Shown: positions 23,491-37,240, counted from the first letter of the whole stretch. The stretch is DNA of 62,595 bases, filler included, from Bipalium vagum (GCA_037834085.1; 3 parts of 3 records of this genome joined end to end with filler, not necessarily neighbours in it), one strand, 5' to 3'. Notes: a model not told the origin generated them from the sequence alone. Made by a program: numbers and translations.

Positions 23491-25639
23491 GTGAGCTAAT
23501 GATGGGTGTTAAACTTTTTTAGTTGATTGATTTAAAATAATTCAATGAAGAGGATTTCATTATTCTTAAATAATTAATTGAAGTTATTAAAAATCAACAA
23601 ATCATAAATATTTTATTATTTTTATCAATTTAAAAAACATTTTATTGGAAATTTTTCGAAATTTAAAAAATTAGAGTGCTTGAAAAATAGACTTTCTATT
23701 TTTCAAAAAAATTTTTATTCAAAAGGAAATAATATGATAATAAAATCTCATTAGATCCAAATCAAAGAGTTCCTAAAATCGATATCTCATGAAACCTGAA
23801 TCTGGATGTAGGTCGTAGAGATGGAAAAGTATTATGATAATATTTAAAATCTATTTCTTAAACACTATTTAACGAAACTCGATTATTAATTTAGATGAAG
23901 TTCTAGTGGTTATAGATACTAGAAAATGTTCTCGAACTCGGAATATTGCCTGATTAAAATGGGGTGAAACAATAAATTCTGTTAAATTATCAAAATTTTA
24001 TTAATTTACTCATTGAAAAAGAAATTTCAGAGGTGATGTATTTTATCTAATTTTTTCTTGATAAATTGGAAAATTGTGCTACTTTTTCAATGGGTCGCAC
24101 AATGATAAATTGATTTCTTTTGGATAATAATAATTTTAGCATTTTTGTTATTCATCTTAGAATTCAAATCATTCGTTGAACATGAAGTTTTTTGAATGAC
24201 TGTTTGGCACTAGTTTCACCACCTGTATGTGGTAAAACATGCACGTAACTTATCGATTTCATTTTTCGAAATATTAAAACAGGAACCTTCGAATATCTGA
24301 ATTTATTGGGTAGCAAATCAGCATAATCAGAAATGTAAAAATGTTTTATTTTAAGTAACTTATTTCAAAATATTGATTTATAACTGTAGATAACTTATCA
24401 ATCAAGCTCAGTTTAATAACTAACTCCAAGAAATTTTTAATTTGATTCTTTAATTTTTTGCAATATGTTGCAATGAAAATAAATTAATTAACAGAACAAG
24501 CATTGTAAAATAATTCTTGAGTCTATTTCAATGAAAAGTTAAATGTTAAAATTTTAATCTATGGCGTATTTTCCATCTTCATTTGATATAAAAATCTTGT
24601 ATTAATCAATAAAATTAATCTTAAGTTAAATTAATATCAATATATTGATTGAAACTTTTTGAATTGGATTTTATTTGTCAAGAGTATAATGGTATTGTCT
24701 ATACTCTCCTCTATTTTGATAGTTATTTAGATCCCATTCATCATTGTCAATATCAAACTGTTGATAGATTAATGAGGATGAATAAAAAGTTGAATTTTAT
24801 GAAATTTATTTCATTTTAAGTAGTATAATTAGAAATAAAAGAAAATATATAATTTCATTATTAATTAAATATATATTATGATTCCAGATTAAAAATCGTC
24901 TTATTTTTATTATTAAATTTTGTAAATTTTCTCTTTTCATAATTGTCCTTTTCTTTCATCGTTTTTCTTCATTTCTCAATTTAATTTATTTGTCTACATG
25001 TCATATTTATCTTAACTGTTCTTTATAATAAGAATTAATTCTTCTGTTCTTAATTTTTATTTCTTGACGCTTCAGTAACAAACATTTTCTTAAGCGTGTG
25101 GAGTTTACCACATATCCTATTTATGCTATTTTCTAATTTTAATCACTTCATCACCTATATTGGATACTAACACCTTTAAAGGACACTAGAGTTTCATTTC
25201 CAAAGTCTTTAGTGGAATTTAAAATGGATTCGATTTCAAACAGCCTATTTCTCAGCTTACCATACAAATTTATTTCTCACTGTTTCGTTGACATAATCTA
25301 TCTTGCTCTACACTAATGATTTGATTTCCCTTAATAATTGTCCAATGTTTGTTACATTGCGGTTTCATTTAGAAATGAAATGACAAAATATTTTAAAAAT
25401 TATAGGTTTTTGAATTCTTTCACAGACTAATAGATATTCATAAGTATTGAATAGTTCTCGATCTTCATTACCAACCTGTGTTAATTGTGTCCCACATTGT
25501 CTTCTGAAAAGTGAAATAATTTCATTGATATTGGTTCATTCAAAGCATTAAATATTAAGATAACATATAAAATGCATCGATTTTTATTAGTTAAATCTTT
25601 AACAATGGAATTAATCAAAAGAAGCTTCTTTAGCAAGGA

Positions 25640-26600
25640 AACATTTCTGCCATATTGTGGGCAGCTCGGGGATGCCTTTATCAACAAACTCTAGTTTGAG
25701 AGAATCAATAAATTGTATAAAGTATTTTGGACAGCTTCTTGGGATTTTATTTTTTTCTTGTAAGAATTTTTCCAAATTTCGGAAAAAAGTAGTCGGAAGG
25801 AGAAAGGCCTGGAAAATGATTGCTTTCAATATCAATTTCCAAAATTTTTAATTGTGTGATTTGTAACATTTAGACGAACATTTTCATGAAAGAGTATTGC
25901 TCTACTTTTATTGGCCTCAAATGTTCGCAAGATTCTTCATCATTTTTTACATTTGAATGCAGTAGACTTCTGGTGTGATTGATTGACCTTGTTTCATGAA
26001 GCCGTAGCGTATCAACTCACCACTTGTCTGCCAAACAGTAATCATCAATTTCCTTTGACGGATTTTAGACTTTGGACAATGTTTAAGAGGTTCATATACA
26101 TATAATCATTGTTCAGATCGCTTACAATTGTGGTAAAGGATCCAGTTTTTGTCATGCGTAACAATACGATGCAAAAACGGATCACTCTTATTCGTGAGAG
26201 CAGAGAAATGAATGCATTGAAACGCTTTTGCATATGGATTTTATGTTAATTCATATAAATTCATTGATCGAGTTTTTTGACTTTATTTATTTTTTGAAAC
26301 TGTTATAAATGGTTGTGATCGAAACATGAAAACTGTTTCAAATTCTGTGATAGATTATGATTATGCTGCTTTCTACTATAGCCTTCAATCCGTCATTGTT
26401 GATTTTGGTTACAGGTCTACCTCGAGGCTGATTTTCCAAGTCAGAATAATTAGATTTGAATTTTGCAAATCAACGATTGCTGGTGCTTTGATTAGACGCA
26501 CTATCGCCATACACATTTTCTATGGACTGTTCCGGGTTCTGCACATTCAATGATAATGTGAATTTTAAAATTTTCCATTATTTGTAAACCATAATTACTA
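25640..26600 (-). mobile_element. Decayed mariner (cecropia/Hsmar1-like) in ENTR1 intron 2
   Basis: ENVYGDSASNQSTSNR*FAKFKS...LENQPRGRP, HDKNWILYHN, KGIPELPTIWQKCF. Confidence 0.85.
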
Positions 26601-27114
26601 ATTATAAAAAATATAATTTAATGTCTTTATTTTTTAAAGTGTTAAAAATATTAAAATAAAATTACTAATTTACAATAAAAATTCTCCGAGATAATCAAGT
26701 TAAAAACTGATTAGATAGAATTATGTATCATACTTTACGTCCTAAAATTTAATTGAATTCACATACATCCCAATATAGATATCGAATTTTAAGAAATTGG
26801 TACTGAGTTTATTGATTTTAAGTTTAAGTTCGATTTTGGTAAGCTAAATGACTGTAGTGTTCTTCCAGTTAATATAGATGATATTTTTTACGAAAGATAT
26901 TTATAGATAATTTACAACCACATGTTTTTCTGCATATGTGAATCAATCTGGAATAAAAAAGTACTTTCTTTAAAGTCAATAATCCACAAATATTTCGAAA
27001 AGAAATAATCATTTTTTCTACCGGTCAGAGCTTCCTGATATAAATAATTAAAAATCAATTCAATTTTTAGAAAAATCTGTGAATTTGGATATATTGTCAT
27101 TTATTAATCAATAG

Positions 27115-27188
27115 GAAGTTACTGACGAATCCATTCTCAATGCTAGAATTGTAGATTTGGAAAGAGAGGTTTCCGATAAATCGGCAAG
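27115..27188 (+). CDS. ENTR1: ENTR1/SDCCAG3-like, exon 3
   Basis: Acceptor AATAG at 27114; EVTDESILNARIVDLEREVSDKSAR begins the coiled coil. Phase-2 donor GTTGCT at 27189. Confidence 0.78.
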
Positions 27189-27246
27189 GTTGCTTTCACT
27201 ATTTTTATTTCTTCACATTTCTCAAGAAATTTTTTGTTTGATATAG

Positions 27247-27358
27247 AATTCGACAACTTGAACAGCAATTGGAAGACCAACAGAGAAAAGAAGAGGAAGA
27301 AACGGAAATTATGGAATCAATGATGCGGCAAGTCGATGAAAACCTGAAACGAACCACG
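27247..27358 (+). CDS. ENTR1: ENTR1/SDCCAG3-like, exon 4
   Basis: 58-nt intron, then IRQLEQQLEDQQRKEEEETEIMESMMRQVDENLKRTT (cf. ENTR1 LExMVQQVEQNLxLMT). Phase-0 donor at 27359. Confidence 0.85.
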
Positions 27359-27559
27359 GTTATTTTTTTAAAATCCTTTTTTCAACTTCAGCTTTTAATA
27401 ATCGTTATATCGATTTAACCTTATAAATTCTTTATAAATAAAGTCACGGTAATAATCAATAATAACCAAAATATTTTATTAATCAAAATTTAATTAGTAG
27501 TCGATTTTAAAGTAGGTTTCGTTTAAAATATACAAAATCAATTAAACGAAAACTTAGAA

Positions 27560-27830
27560 GAAAATTGAAATCTTTTAAATCACACAAACAAACCTGCATC
27601 ATTGTGATCGATAATTTGACTCCTCCATTTATTGGACAGTTTTATGAATTCTGCGAGAGATAGTTGTATGAAATATTAATCCACATGATTTTCGATATCT
27701 TCTAAAGACTGATTTTTTTCCATTTAAATTTTACCAGAAATGGAAAAGATGATGAGATTTGAAGAAATATCAGGAGTATAAGTAAAGAGACTTTAGTTTG
27801 GTTAGGTGACGATCATACTCAACCGTGTCT
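27560..27830 (-). mobile_element. Mariner 3' remnant in ENTR1 intron 4
   Basis: TYTPDIS..HHLFHF..LNGK..SLEDI on the minus strand. Confidence 0.6.
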
Positions 27831-28934
27831 TAAGAAATTATAATCTTACAATATAAGTTCGATATATATTAAGAAAATTTATTTAAAATCTTAAAAATTC
27901 AATAGATTCATTTAAATCATAATGGAAAAGAATTTCTCGTTAAAATATTTCATAAAAATTATCGATTGTCAATTAGTCGATTACTATAATTTCTGATTTC
28001 AAATAATTTTTATTTAAACTTTCCGTTCTTTATTCCAGTAGCTTTTTTGCGAAAAAAATAATTTATTTAAAAATGAAAGTTTCGAAAACAATTTCCGATT
28101 GTTAATCAAGATAAATCCAATAAATTTTTGAACATTTTTTTCTTTGTGCATCATTGATTTCATCTAACATTTCTACTATCTGATCTTAGGGAAAGTGCAA
28201 AATGTCCACCAAAGTACGTTTTGCAAAAATAGAATAATTTTTTTCTTGGTTTACGACTTTTTAATATTTTTATAATTCATTTTTGATGAAGAATAATTTT
28301 TTGTCAATATGCGCTAAAATATTTTTATAACCACATATAAAAATAATATGAAAAATAATAATACAGATAAACCTCGATTAATGTCACTCGATTTTGGTTA
28401 CATTTTTAAAATAATAACTATGAAAAATTATTTTCCATCAGAAATGGAAACCTAATTATTATTGTACAAGTTGTACATTGTACAAAAAGTGAAGTTTTGG
28501 TTCTGATACTAATTAAAATTGAGTCTTGATTTGTAGTGGATAATTGGAATCCATTTTTTGGTTTCGGTTCGTTTATGATTAAGGATATAAAACAATTGTT
28601 ACCTTACATTTTACAGTAAAAAATTTTTAAATTGAACACCACAAGCACAATTCACTTAACCGAGCTCTCCTTAGCTCTTTCCGCTACATCTCGCTTAGTA
28701 AAACTTTCTTGTTTAAACCAGATTTAAATTGATATTCTTTAGTTACTCTTCGTAATTTGTAATTCTATGCAATTCATTCTATATAGAATAGTTAAAAGTT
28801 TACCTTTACTTGAATTTGATATATTTTAAATAATTTTTGAAATTTTAAAATTTCAAATCAAATTATTAAACAAATTGAAAATTGTTTTTTCAAATCAAAA
28901 CAGGTATTTTTAAATTGTTCAATTTGCTACATAA

Positions 28935-29651
28935 GGTCGAGCATTGTCATGTGACAGAATAACTTTCTCATGTCCCATTCTGGTTGTTTCTGCTTCGATT
29001 CCATGTTCATTTGAATCAATTGTTGTTTATAACGATTGATGTTGATCGTTTCACCACTGTTTAATAACTCAGAAGACGACATCTTTCTGGTCCCACCATA
29101 TACACAGAAAGCCTTTTTCGAATGAATATTATGCTTGGCGATCAAAGTTGATGGTTGGCCTGGATAACTCAATGATTTCTTGCGTTTTGGATTATTAAAA
29201 AAAGTCCATTTTTCATCGCTTCAGAAAAGAATTTCTTCGGTATGTTTCCATTAAAATTTCACAGGCTGTGTTTCGTTTTTCCATACGGCTTTCATTCAAT
29301 TCATGAGGCATCAATTTTCCTTCGACTGGAATTTTTCCCATTCCGTGTAGTCAATCGGAAATGGCGTGCTGACATATCAAGTTTGGTAGCAAGTGGTTTT
29401 TGGGTTTGCGTATTATCCTAGGCTAATAGGTATCCTAGTTCTGCATCTTTAAATTTTTTTTGATTGACCTGGGCGTTCCCTATCTTTGATATCATAATCG
29501 CCTGTTCTGAATCGCTTAAATCTGCGTTCACAAGTGTCTGCTTATGAAGCATGGTCATCATAAGCTTCTCGAGGTAGGATACATCTTTTTGCAGCAGTTT
29601 ACTTTAAATTGAATGCTGCAAATTTTTTTTCGTTGGGTCATATATCGACAT
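28935..29651 (-). mobile_element. Mos1-like mariner remnant in ENTR1 intron 4
   Basis: MSIYDPTKK start, FKRFRTGDYDIKDRERPGQSKKFKDAEL, MPHELNE, PGQPSTLIAKHNIHSKK, ETININRYKQQLI. Confidence 0.9.
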
Positions 29652-29815
29652 CTAGATTAGTAAATATTTTGAAATTTGAAATTGTTTTGACATTTTAAAT
29701 TTTGCCTTTAGAAAGCTTGATTAAAAAATTATATATATATATATATATATAAGAAATAAATATTTACATTTTAAAATAATGTAGATAGTATTGTTACTTT
29801 GCGTATATGATTTAG

Positions 29816-29988
29816 GAATCATGGCAAAATTCTGAAAGAGAAGTTGAAAGATTAAACGCACATATTCACCATTTGGAAGCCAGACTGAACAGTGGAAAGG
29901 ATGGATTATCAACTCCTACTATGCACATTGTGAGGCACATCGGAGCTCAACTGGCGTCGGATCTCATGGCCGGAGATGAAATTATGAA
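29816..29988 (+). CDS. ENTR1: ENTR1/SDCCAG3-like, exon 5
   Basis: Acceptor TTTAG at 29815; open frame ESWQNSEREVERLNAHIHHLEARLNSGKDGLSTPTMHIVRHIGAQLASDLMAGDEIMK. Phase-2 donor GTAATA at 29989. Confidence 0.78.
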
Positions 29989-30813
29989 GTAATAAATTAT
30001 TTTTTCACAACTAAGATTAACCTTGCTTTTAATGATATTTTTTTGGTTACGACATTTGACTATATCTTTTTGTCTTGTTTTGTGTAATCTTCAAAATTTC
30101 TGCCTCTTAAACTGGTCTCAATCTTATTTAATATTGACTTCAATTTTCACAATCTTGATTAAATTTTGATTTTTTTCATCAAGAGCTTTCCTTAATAAAT
30201 CAATTATTACACAGCTTAACGATTCATTGATTTTATAGTTTNNNNNNNNNNNNNNNNNNNNNNNNNNNNNNNNNNNNNNNNNNNNNNNNNNNNNNNNNNN
30301 NNNNNNNNNNNNNNNNNNNNNNNNNNNNNNNNNNNNNNNNNNNNNNNNNNNNNNNNNNNNNNNNNNNNNNATTTAATTTGAGTTAATCGATTAATTAATT
30401 ATTTATTTTAATATTTATTTTGAAAGTTATTTAATTACCAAAAATATTTTTTATTAGTTTCTTAAATTAATTCAATTGATTTTCAAGATTTCAATAATAT
30501 CATGGAATAGCTCTTAAAAATTATTGAAATATTGATTATTTTAAAATAATTTATTTATTAGTTTTCTTTTATCGATCAATAAATTTCATTGATATAATAT
30601 TTTATCCATGTCTGGTAGTTTTCAATCATTGAATTATAAGTGAAATAAATGATTAAAATAAAAGTGAAGGATTAATTTTTTTGTTATTTATTTGAAATCG
30701 ATCTATGAATATTCAACACAATTCACTGATTTGATCTCAATTCTTCATTAGCTTTGAATATATTTTAGTATTTAATGTTTATTATCTCTCTTAACGAACG
30801 AAATTCATTCCAG

Positions 30814-30922
30814 ACGATTTCTGGAACATTCAGATAAGCTAAAAACCCTGGCAGAACATCTTCAGTTTATCGATCGAGTTGACGATATCACGGAAAATAG
30901 TGCGGATCAAACACATACGTAA
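30814..30922 (+). CDS. ENTR1: ENTR1/SDCCAG3-like, exon 6 (terminal)
   Basis: Acceptor TTCCAG at 30813; RFLEHSDKLKTLAEHLQFIDRVDDITENSADQTHT* (cf. ENTR1 C-terminal LxLVAEILKSIDRI). The six exons sum to 1170 nt = 389 aa plus stop with consistent phases. Confidence 0.82.
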
Positions 30923-31430
30923 CAAAGTTTTGTCCATATTTTCATAATTTATACACATTTCTATTGATTTTTATCCACAATTTTTGTTCTTGCAAAATAC
31001 AAAATACATCCGTAACGGCAACGTCGAAGACGACATTGAAAAAGATAAAAGATACTTTTCAATAATGTTTATGTGGAAAGCATGTTCGAATGGTTTTGAT
31101 TTTCTGACTCACACTGCCAATATTTATTGATTATATTTTGTGGTTTAAAAAGAAATTTTTAATAAACGTTACTCTGTATGCCTCTCACCCTTCATGAAAG
31201 GAAGCAATTCCCGCTGAAATTGGAAACGACAAAATGTTGTATTTTGGACTTTGTAAATTTAATCTAGATTATTAATTAACGAAGAATATATGTATATCAC
31301 CATCAGCAACATCTACAATTTTTTCTTGTTACCAAAGATTTTTGAAAAATCGTCTGACAATTCAACCTAATGTCATTAAGAAGTTTCTTGAAGGAAATTG
31401 AGGATCTTTATCTAAAGTATTTTATGTACA

Positions 31431-31432
<2 letters not shown>

Positions 31433-31473
<41 letters not shown>

Positions 31474-31492
31474 GTTATTGTTATTATTATTA
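31433..31492. repeat. (TTA)n microsatellite
   Basis: About 20 TTA/TTG units; creates the poly-Leu run in ORF 31370-31567. Confidence 0.95.
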
Positions 31493-34400
31493 AGAAATAA
31501 GTATAAAGTAGTTATCTCTTTGTTTTGTTCACATAATGTCCTCAGTGTAGTAAAGTATTTTAATTGAGATGATTTATATAGTGGACTATCAAAGATTATT
31601 TAGTAATCATTATTGATACTTTTCATTTAGGAATTTAACAATTATGAGTAAAATTTTAAAGTTAAGTTAATCATCTAGAAAGTTGTCAATTGAATTTAAT
31701 TATCTTACAAAATATTTAATGATGTAAGATTTCGGGGGTTTCTAAAATATAATTAAAATTTAGCTAAATTGTTTATTAAAATCTATTAAATATCTGAAAT
31801 AATAAAAATGTTTGTCAACCTCATCTTTCATTTACTTAAGATTATTTACTTTATACGATCTTTTAATCAAGTCGTATTTTAATATCTGCACAATCTTGAC
31901 TGAAATAGCAAAATTGACATTATCTGCTTGTTGAGATGGTCTGCTTTAACTGTGCAACTAAAGTAAATTTAATAAAGAAAAATTTTAAATTAAAAAAAAA
32001 CTCAAATTCTTTTAGGGAAATGTTAAAATAGTAAATCTTATTATAATTTAGAATTATAAGTTGGAAAAAAATAGTTGTATACATTTGGTATACGGAAGTT
32101 AAATATCTTATGTATTTATTCAAATTATACTAAGGTATTCAATAATACAATTTTAACCAAAATAACTGTTAGATTCATGAAAATCATAAGGTATAAGTGA
32201 CGTGAGAATTCTGTAGTCTAGAGGTCAGAATGTGAAAATATATCAATAAATTTGTTAATCAAAATAATTTTAAGGTAATGCAATAAACTTAGTCCAATGC
32301 TTTATAAACTCTATTTAATGTTTAGAGTGCGTGTAAATTTTTAGAGAAGAGCCTGTAAGTCAAATGTAAATTTTATCACGACAATAATGTTAATTAATTG
32401 AGAAACAAATAAAATTGAATATTAATAAATAAAATTCAGAAGCAGAAAAAATTAAAAAAGATTAGTAAAACAATTTCATCACAGTGGAATTAACCTATAT
32501 ATATTTAGCATTCAACTCACAATATATACAAATATAATAAATATATTGTATATATAAAACTTCAAATATATTTAATGAGAAATTAATGTTAGGTCAATTT
32601 GATAAAAATAATCATATAATTGAAGGTAGTTTATTAGCATTTTATTTAGATCAATATATTAAAAGATACATAAGAAATAGTTATTATTCATAAATTTCTA
32701 AAAATTATAATCTAAGAATTTCAGAGAGACATGCTATTGATTAAAAATCATTAGTCACTCCTAAAATAATATTTAAAATTTATTTAATTAATTTTAAATT
32801 AATAACTAAAATACTTAATTTTAAATTAGCCAGTGTATTATTTAAATTTTATTTTTGGCCAAAATTTTATTTACAGAAACTTAAAAGATAGGAGTCGAAC
32901 CTCAGCAAATACATTTGGGAGACAGTGTAACAAAATATACTCTAAGAACATTAAGACAAAATAATAGTGTACTTTAGAAAAATAAACAACAAAAATCTCA
33001 ACCATATCTATATCAATTGAAAAATAATGTTCAGAATTAAATGGTTTAGAAATCTGATCAATAACAGGATGGAGAAATAAAAAAGATATTTTAATAGAAT
33101 TTAAATTAAACTGGGATTTGTTGTTTACACTGAAAATCATTCTTCATTAGCAATTGAAGATATCGAAATTAAACTTAATGATTAAAAATATTTAAAAACA
33201 GAATTGTTACAAAAACCTATAATTTTCGAAATTTAAATGTCTAAATAACAAATATTATATATTATAAAAATGAACAAAAAAGTTTAAATGTAAAATGGGC
33301 ATTTATTCAAGAATTCTTTTTGGGTAATGGATGAATTTTTTATTTGTTGGGATCCATAGAAAAAGAGGTTCCAGCACACATCAATTCAAATCCAAAGCCC
33401 ACAAAGAAACCGGAGCGGCTACAGGCAGAACAAGAGCTTATGGAGGATGATTCTCCAAAGCTCATAATTGACAATTAATAAACATTTTAATTGTGAAAAT
33501 TTGCATGAAAAAGCCTTTCTCTTATTTACGATTCTTTTCATGTGTTATTTTATATTTTATAAAAAATAATAATATTTAAATTATACATTTGTTTTTAATT
33601 AATATAAATAAATAAAATTGTTGGTTGAAGTTAATTAAAACTTAATCCACAAAAATGGTAAAAATAATTATAATGAATAATAATGAATCAGAAAAAAATT
33701 ACTAAAAAATACATTGATATGAGAAAATATTAATATGTGGGAAATTATATTTAGTAAGTTCTATCATATAAGAACTTTCCTAAAATAGATAAACTCACAT
33801 ATTACTCTATAAATGGAAAGTTTTATTTTCCACCAATCAAGAGACCAGGAATGTGAAAATAAGGAGTATTTAAGCTCTTGGTTTTCTCATTCAAATCGCA
33901 ATTAACTTCGCATTAGGCAAATTAAGGTGGTAAAAGGTAATAAATACGCTTCGGCTATTTAAAACGTACATCGATCTCTTTTGAGAAAATTCTAAATAAT
34001 TAAATAATCATTAACGTATTCAGAGCAAATACTCTGCAATACCTTCTTTTTATTATATTCTCTTGTTTCTGTTTTTTATCTTGGCAATTCGATTCTACGT
34101 CGCTCTAGGCGACAGAATACGTATGTTTAGCACCAGGGATTCTTTGGTTATCGTAAAACAAAGAAGACTTTAATTAATTAATATTATAATTGTGATAAGA
34201 AAGATTTGTATTTCTTATACAAAATATATTATCTCAGTTGATTTAATTAGACTTAGTTCGTATCTTAGAAGACTCATTTGTTACAATACCTTTGACGTAG
34301 TTGGTGAGCCCATTTCTAATCTATATTAATAGTATTAGCATTTTTATATTTTTGAGATTAGATCTCGCAGTATGCGTCGAACCAAACACATATTATAAAT

Positions 34401-34549
34401 CAAGAGTACAATATAGTTGTACTTTTAATAATTAAGATTAATATTTATTATATAAAATAAAATAATGTATAAAAAAATATTTCATGAGTGTAAAATTTAT
34501 AATATGATGAAAAGTAGTTCTGTATTTAAATTAAATATTAAAATTCCTA

Positions 34550-35045
34550 AAGTATTTGCGGAACAATTTGCAACTCATTTTTTAGACAAGATATATAGTA
34601 TATTGTTAAAATCAAATTATTCCTAATTAAACGTTAAACGTCTGGTTAAATAAAAAACAGTTGTTTATCATTGAAATTTATGCAGCAGAGGGATATGAAA
34701 AAAATTAATTTATTTAGATTTTATTTCAAATAAAAGAAAAATTAGTGTTTTATCAATTATATTTTGAGTTATGGGAAAGAATGGAGGAAAATTGGAATAA
34801 AATATCAAAAGAAAAATGTACGGTACTCATTGAAAGCATGCCGAGGAGAATTGACAAAGTTTAAAAAGCAAAAGAGTACCATACAAACAATTAAATTAGA
34901 GCAAGTCGCCGACAAATTTGATTCAACGAGATTATAGAACAAATATTTAAGTCCGTATGTTTAAAATTTTACGATGATTTGATTAGTATTGCAAAACTTG
35001 TTGATTAAGAAACCCAACATTGCACAACATTTGCACAGATGTTTC
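34550..35045 (+). mobile_element. Internally deleted Tc1-like element
   Basis: LWERMEENWNKISKEKCTVLIESMPRRIDKV*KAKEYHT is a Tc1 transposase C-terminus (cf. SMPRRxxAVIKAKG). TIR-like sequence near both ends; boundaries approximate. Confidence 0.75.
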
Positions 35046-35867
35046 AGTAAGTGTAGTTACATTTTTTCAGAAGATTAAAAGATTTTTAATGATAGGAAAG
35101 TAATTAATACAATAGAAATAAAAATTGTTTTAGATTTTTTTTCACACAAAGTGTACTTTTTTTATTTCTTCATTCTTTACTCACTCATTCGTATGACCGT
35201 ATCACGGCGCCCACACTCATTCGTTCGTAAAAATGTGTTGATAAAAAGGTATATTTTGTGTACTGTGTTTACAAACAGAATATACTTTGTGTAAATTAAA
35301 ATAATAATAAAAAAATAGTAAAAATTTATTAATAAAGTTAATTTTTTTTCTAAAAAATAGACTTCTTAAAAGAATAGAAAAAATAAAATAATACAAAATT
35401 AAATTAAAAAAAATATCGAGCCGAAACACAGCAGTGAATTTAATCATCAATCTTGATGAATGAAAAGCTATAAAATTTTTTATCTTTTGAAGAATGTTCT
35501 TTTCATGAAGATTTATTTCATGATAATTATACTCTAAGATTTCTAAATTTTGATGGTAATAAAATTACTTATTTAAATTTTCATTATAAGGAGTGATTCT
35601 AACAATTAGTTTGCTTGAATTTTTTTTAATAAGGATCTCACGCCTAGATTAACAATTATTAAATTTTTTTAATTTAAAGTTTTTAAAAATTATAATGTAA
35701 CATTTTTAAAATTTTAAATAAATATTTTAAATAAATGTTGGTTAATTTTAAAAAAGTGAATAATTTAATTTTAATGAAAAGTGAGGTCCAAGTTTGAAAA
35801 GTTTGTTTGATTAATTGGATTTGATGAAATACATATTATTATTGCTTTGATTTTGAATTCTTATTTA

Positions 35868-37240
35868 CAAATGACTACTCAAGAATTTAACTTGGTGGCA
35901 TCAACACAGTCGGACTCGATCGCAGACAGAATACCTCCTGATATACTAAGAAAAGGAGATGCTGTGGGGTGTTTTATAAAAAGATGTCAAAGATACTTTG
36001 ACATTAAAGAGACCTCAATAAAGAAGAGAGAAACAATGATTTATGCGCTGTTATATGAAGATCTATGGGAGGCCTACAAGAAAACATCTGGGAAGGCAAG
36101 TGGATTTGAAGCTACAATCTGTCTATTGTTAGAGAAAGAAAAAAATGTAGTTGACGATTTGGAAGAATTAATAATGTATAGAAGAGGCAGTGAGGACATT
36201 GAAACCTTTTTTAGGAAGGTAAGATCATTGGTAGAAAAGCACTGTCACATGATCTAACCTTTGAAAAGCTTGAGGCACTTTTCTTGATACAATGAACTGG
36301 AGATGAGGAGGTCGCACGAGAAGTCAGAATGCGAAGGCTGGAGAAAGGAAGCGAAATTAAAGATTTGATGAGATTGATGACGGACATCAAAGAAAAAGAA
36401 AAGAAAAAGTCAGTGAACGGTGCAACAGGAACGGACTTAGTGAAAGGGAATGTTATACGAACCTTCATGATGGCTGGAGTTTTCATGAACAGAGGATCAG
36501 AGGTCCAGAAAAAAATTATAGAAAGAATAATTTAAATGCATTAGAAGAGGAAGTAGACGGTGATATACTGGTCGAATACGAAGAAGAGCAAAGCCAGTAC
36601 CCAAAAGACAGAGCTCCACTAGTTGGGGAGTTAGTTGGAGCCCTATATTAAACGTCGTCAGCGATGATTCTCAAAGGGGCGCCAAGTTCAAAGAAGAAGA
36701 TCGAACAAAAGTGTGGAGATTCATGAAGAAAGACTTGAGTGATGTGAAGAATGATGAAGATGTGGGAGCTGTGTTTGAAGGAGGAGATTTCTTTATAACA
36801 GACAGAGTGATGAACGGAATACGGTAGAGATTGAAGGACAAAGATTCAAATGCATTTTAGATACGGGAGCTGGGGTCAGTGTGATGAGTAGGAAAATTTA
36901 GAATAAGTTTAAAGACGTGGAAGTAGTGAGAAGTAATGACAGATTAAGGTGTGCGAACAATAGCCAATTGGAAATAGTAGGAAAATGCTCAATTTTGGTG
37001 ATAGTAGCTGATGAGTCAAAACTGGTGAACTTTACAGTAGTAGAGGAAGTCACACCGGATTTAATCGGTGAAATAAATCTTCAGAAGGTACTCGAATTTA
37101 GGTTGATTAAAGAAAATTCCGGTCAGATTAAAACTGATTGAAAGAAAAGAGAAGAATCATATGTGGGTAATATTGAAGGGAAATTTGGTAATGAAGTTAA
37201 GGAAGGGGAGCGTTTTAAGAGAGCAGTAGAGCTAAAAGGA
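35868..37240 (+). mobile_element. Ty3/Gypsy-type LTR retrotransposon remnant (gag + aspartic protease)
   Basis: Purine-rich gag-like frames (FIKRCQRYF..., YRRGSEDIETFFRKVRSL), then EIEGQRFKCILDTGAGVSVMS (retropepsin DTG) and RLRCANNSQLEIVGKC. Stops and frameshifts present; no RT seen. Confidence 0.85.

Noticed and set aside
31370-31567. ORF with a long poly-Leu, signal-peptide-like run
   Set aside because: The run is a (TTA)n microsatellite; no other coding evidence.
32345-32365. RRACKSN after TTTAG as the ENTR1 KRAxxAE exon
   Set aside because: Lies downstream of the identified terminal exon; exon 5 at 29816 fills that position in phase.
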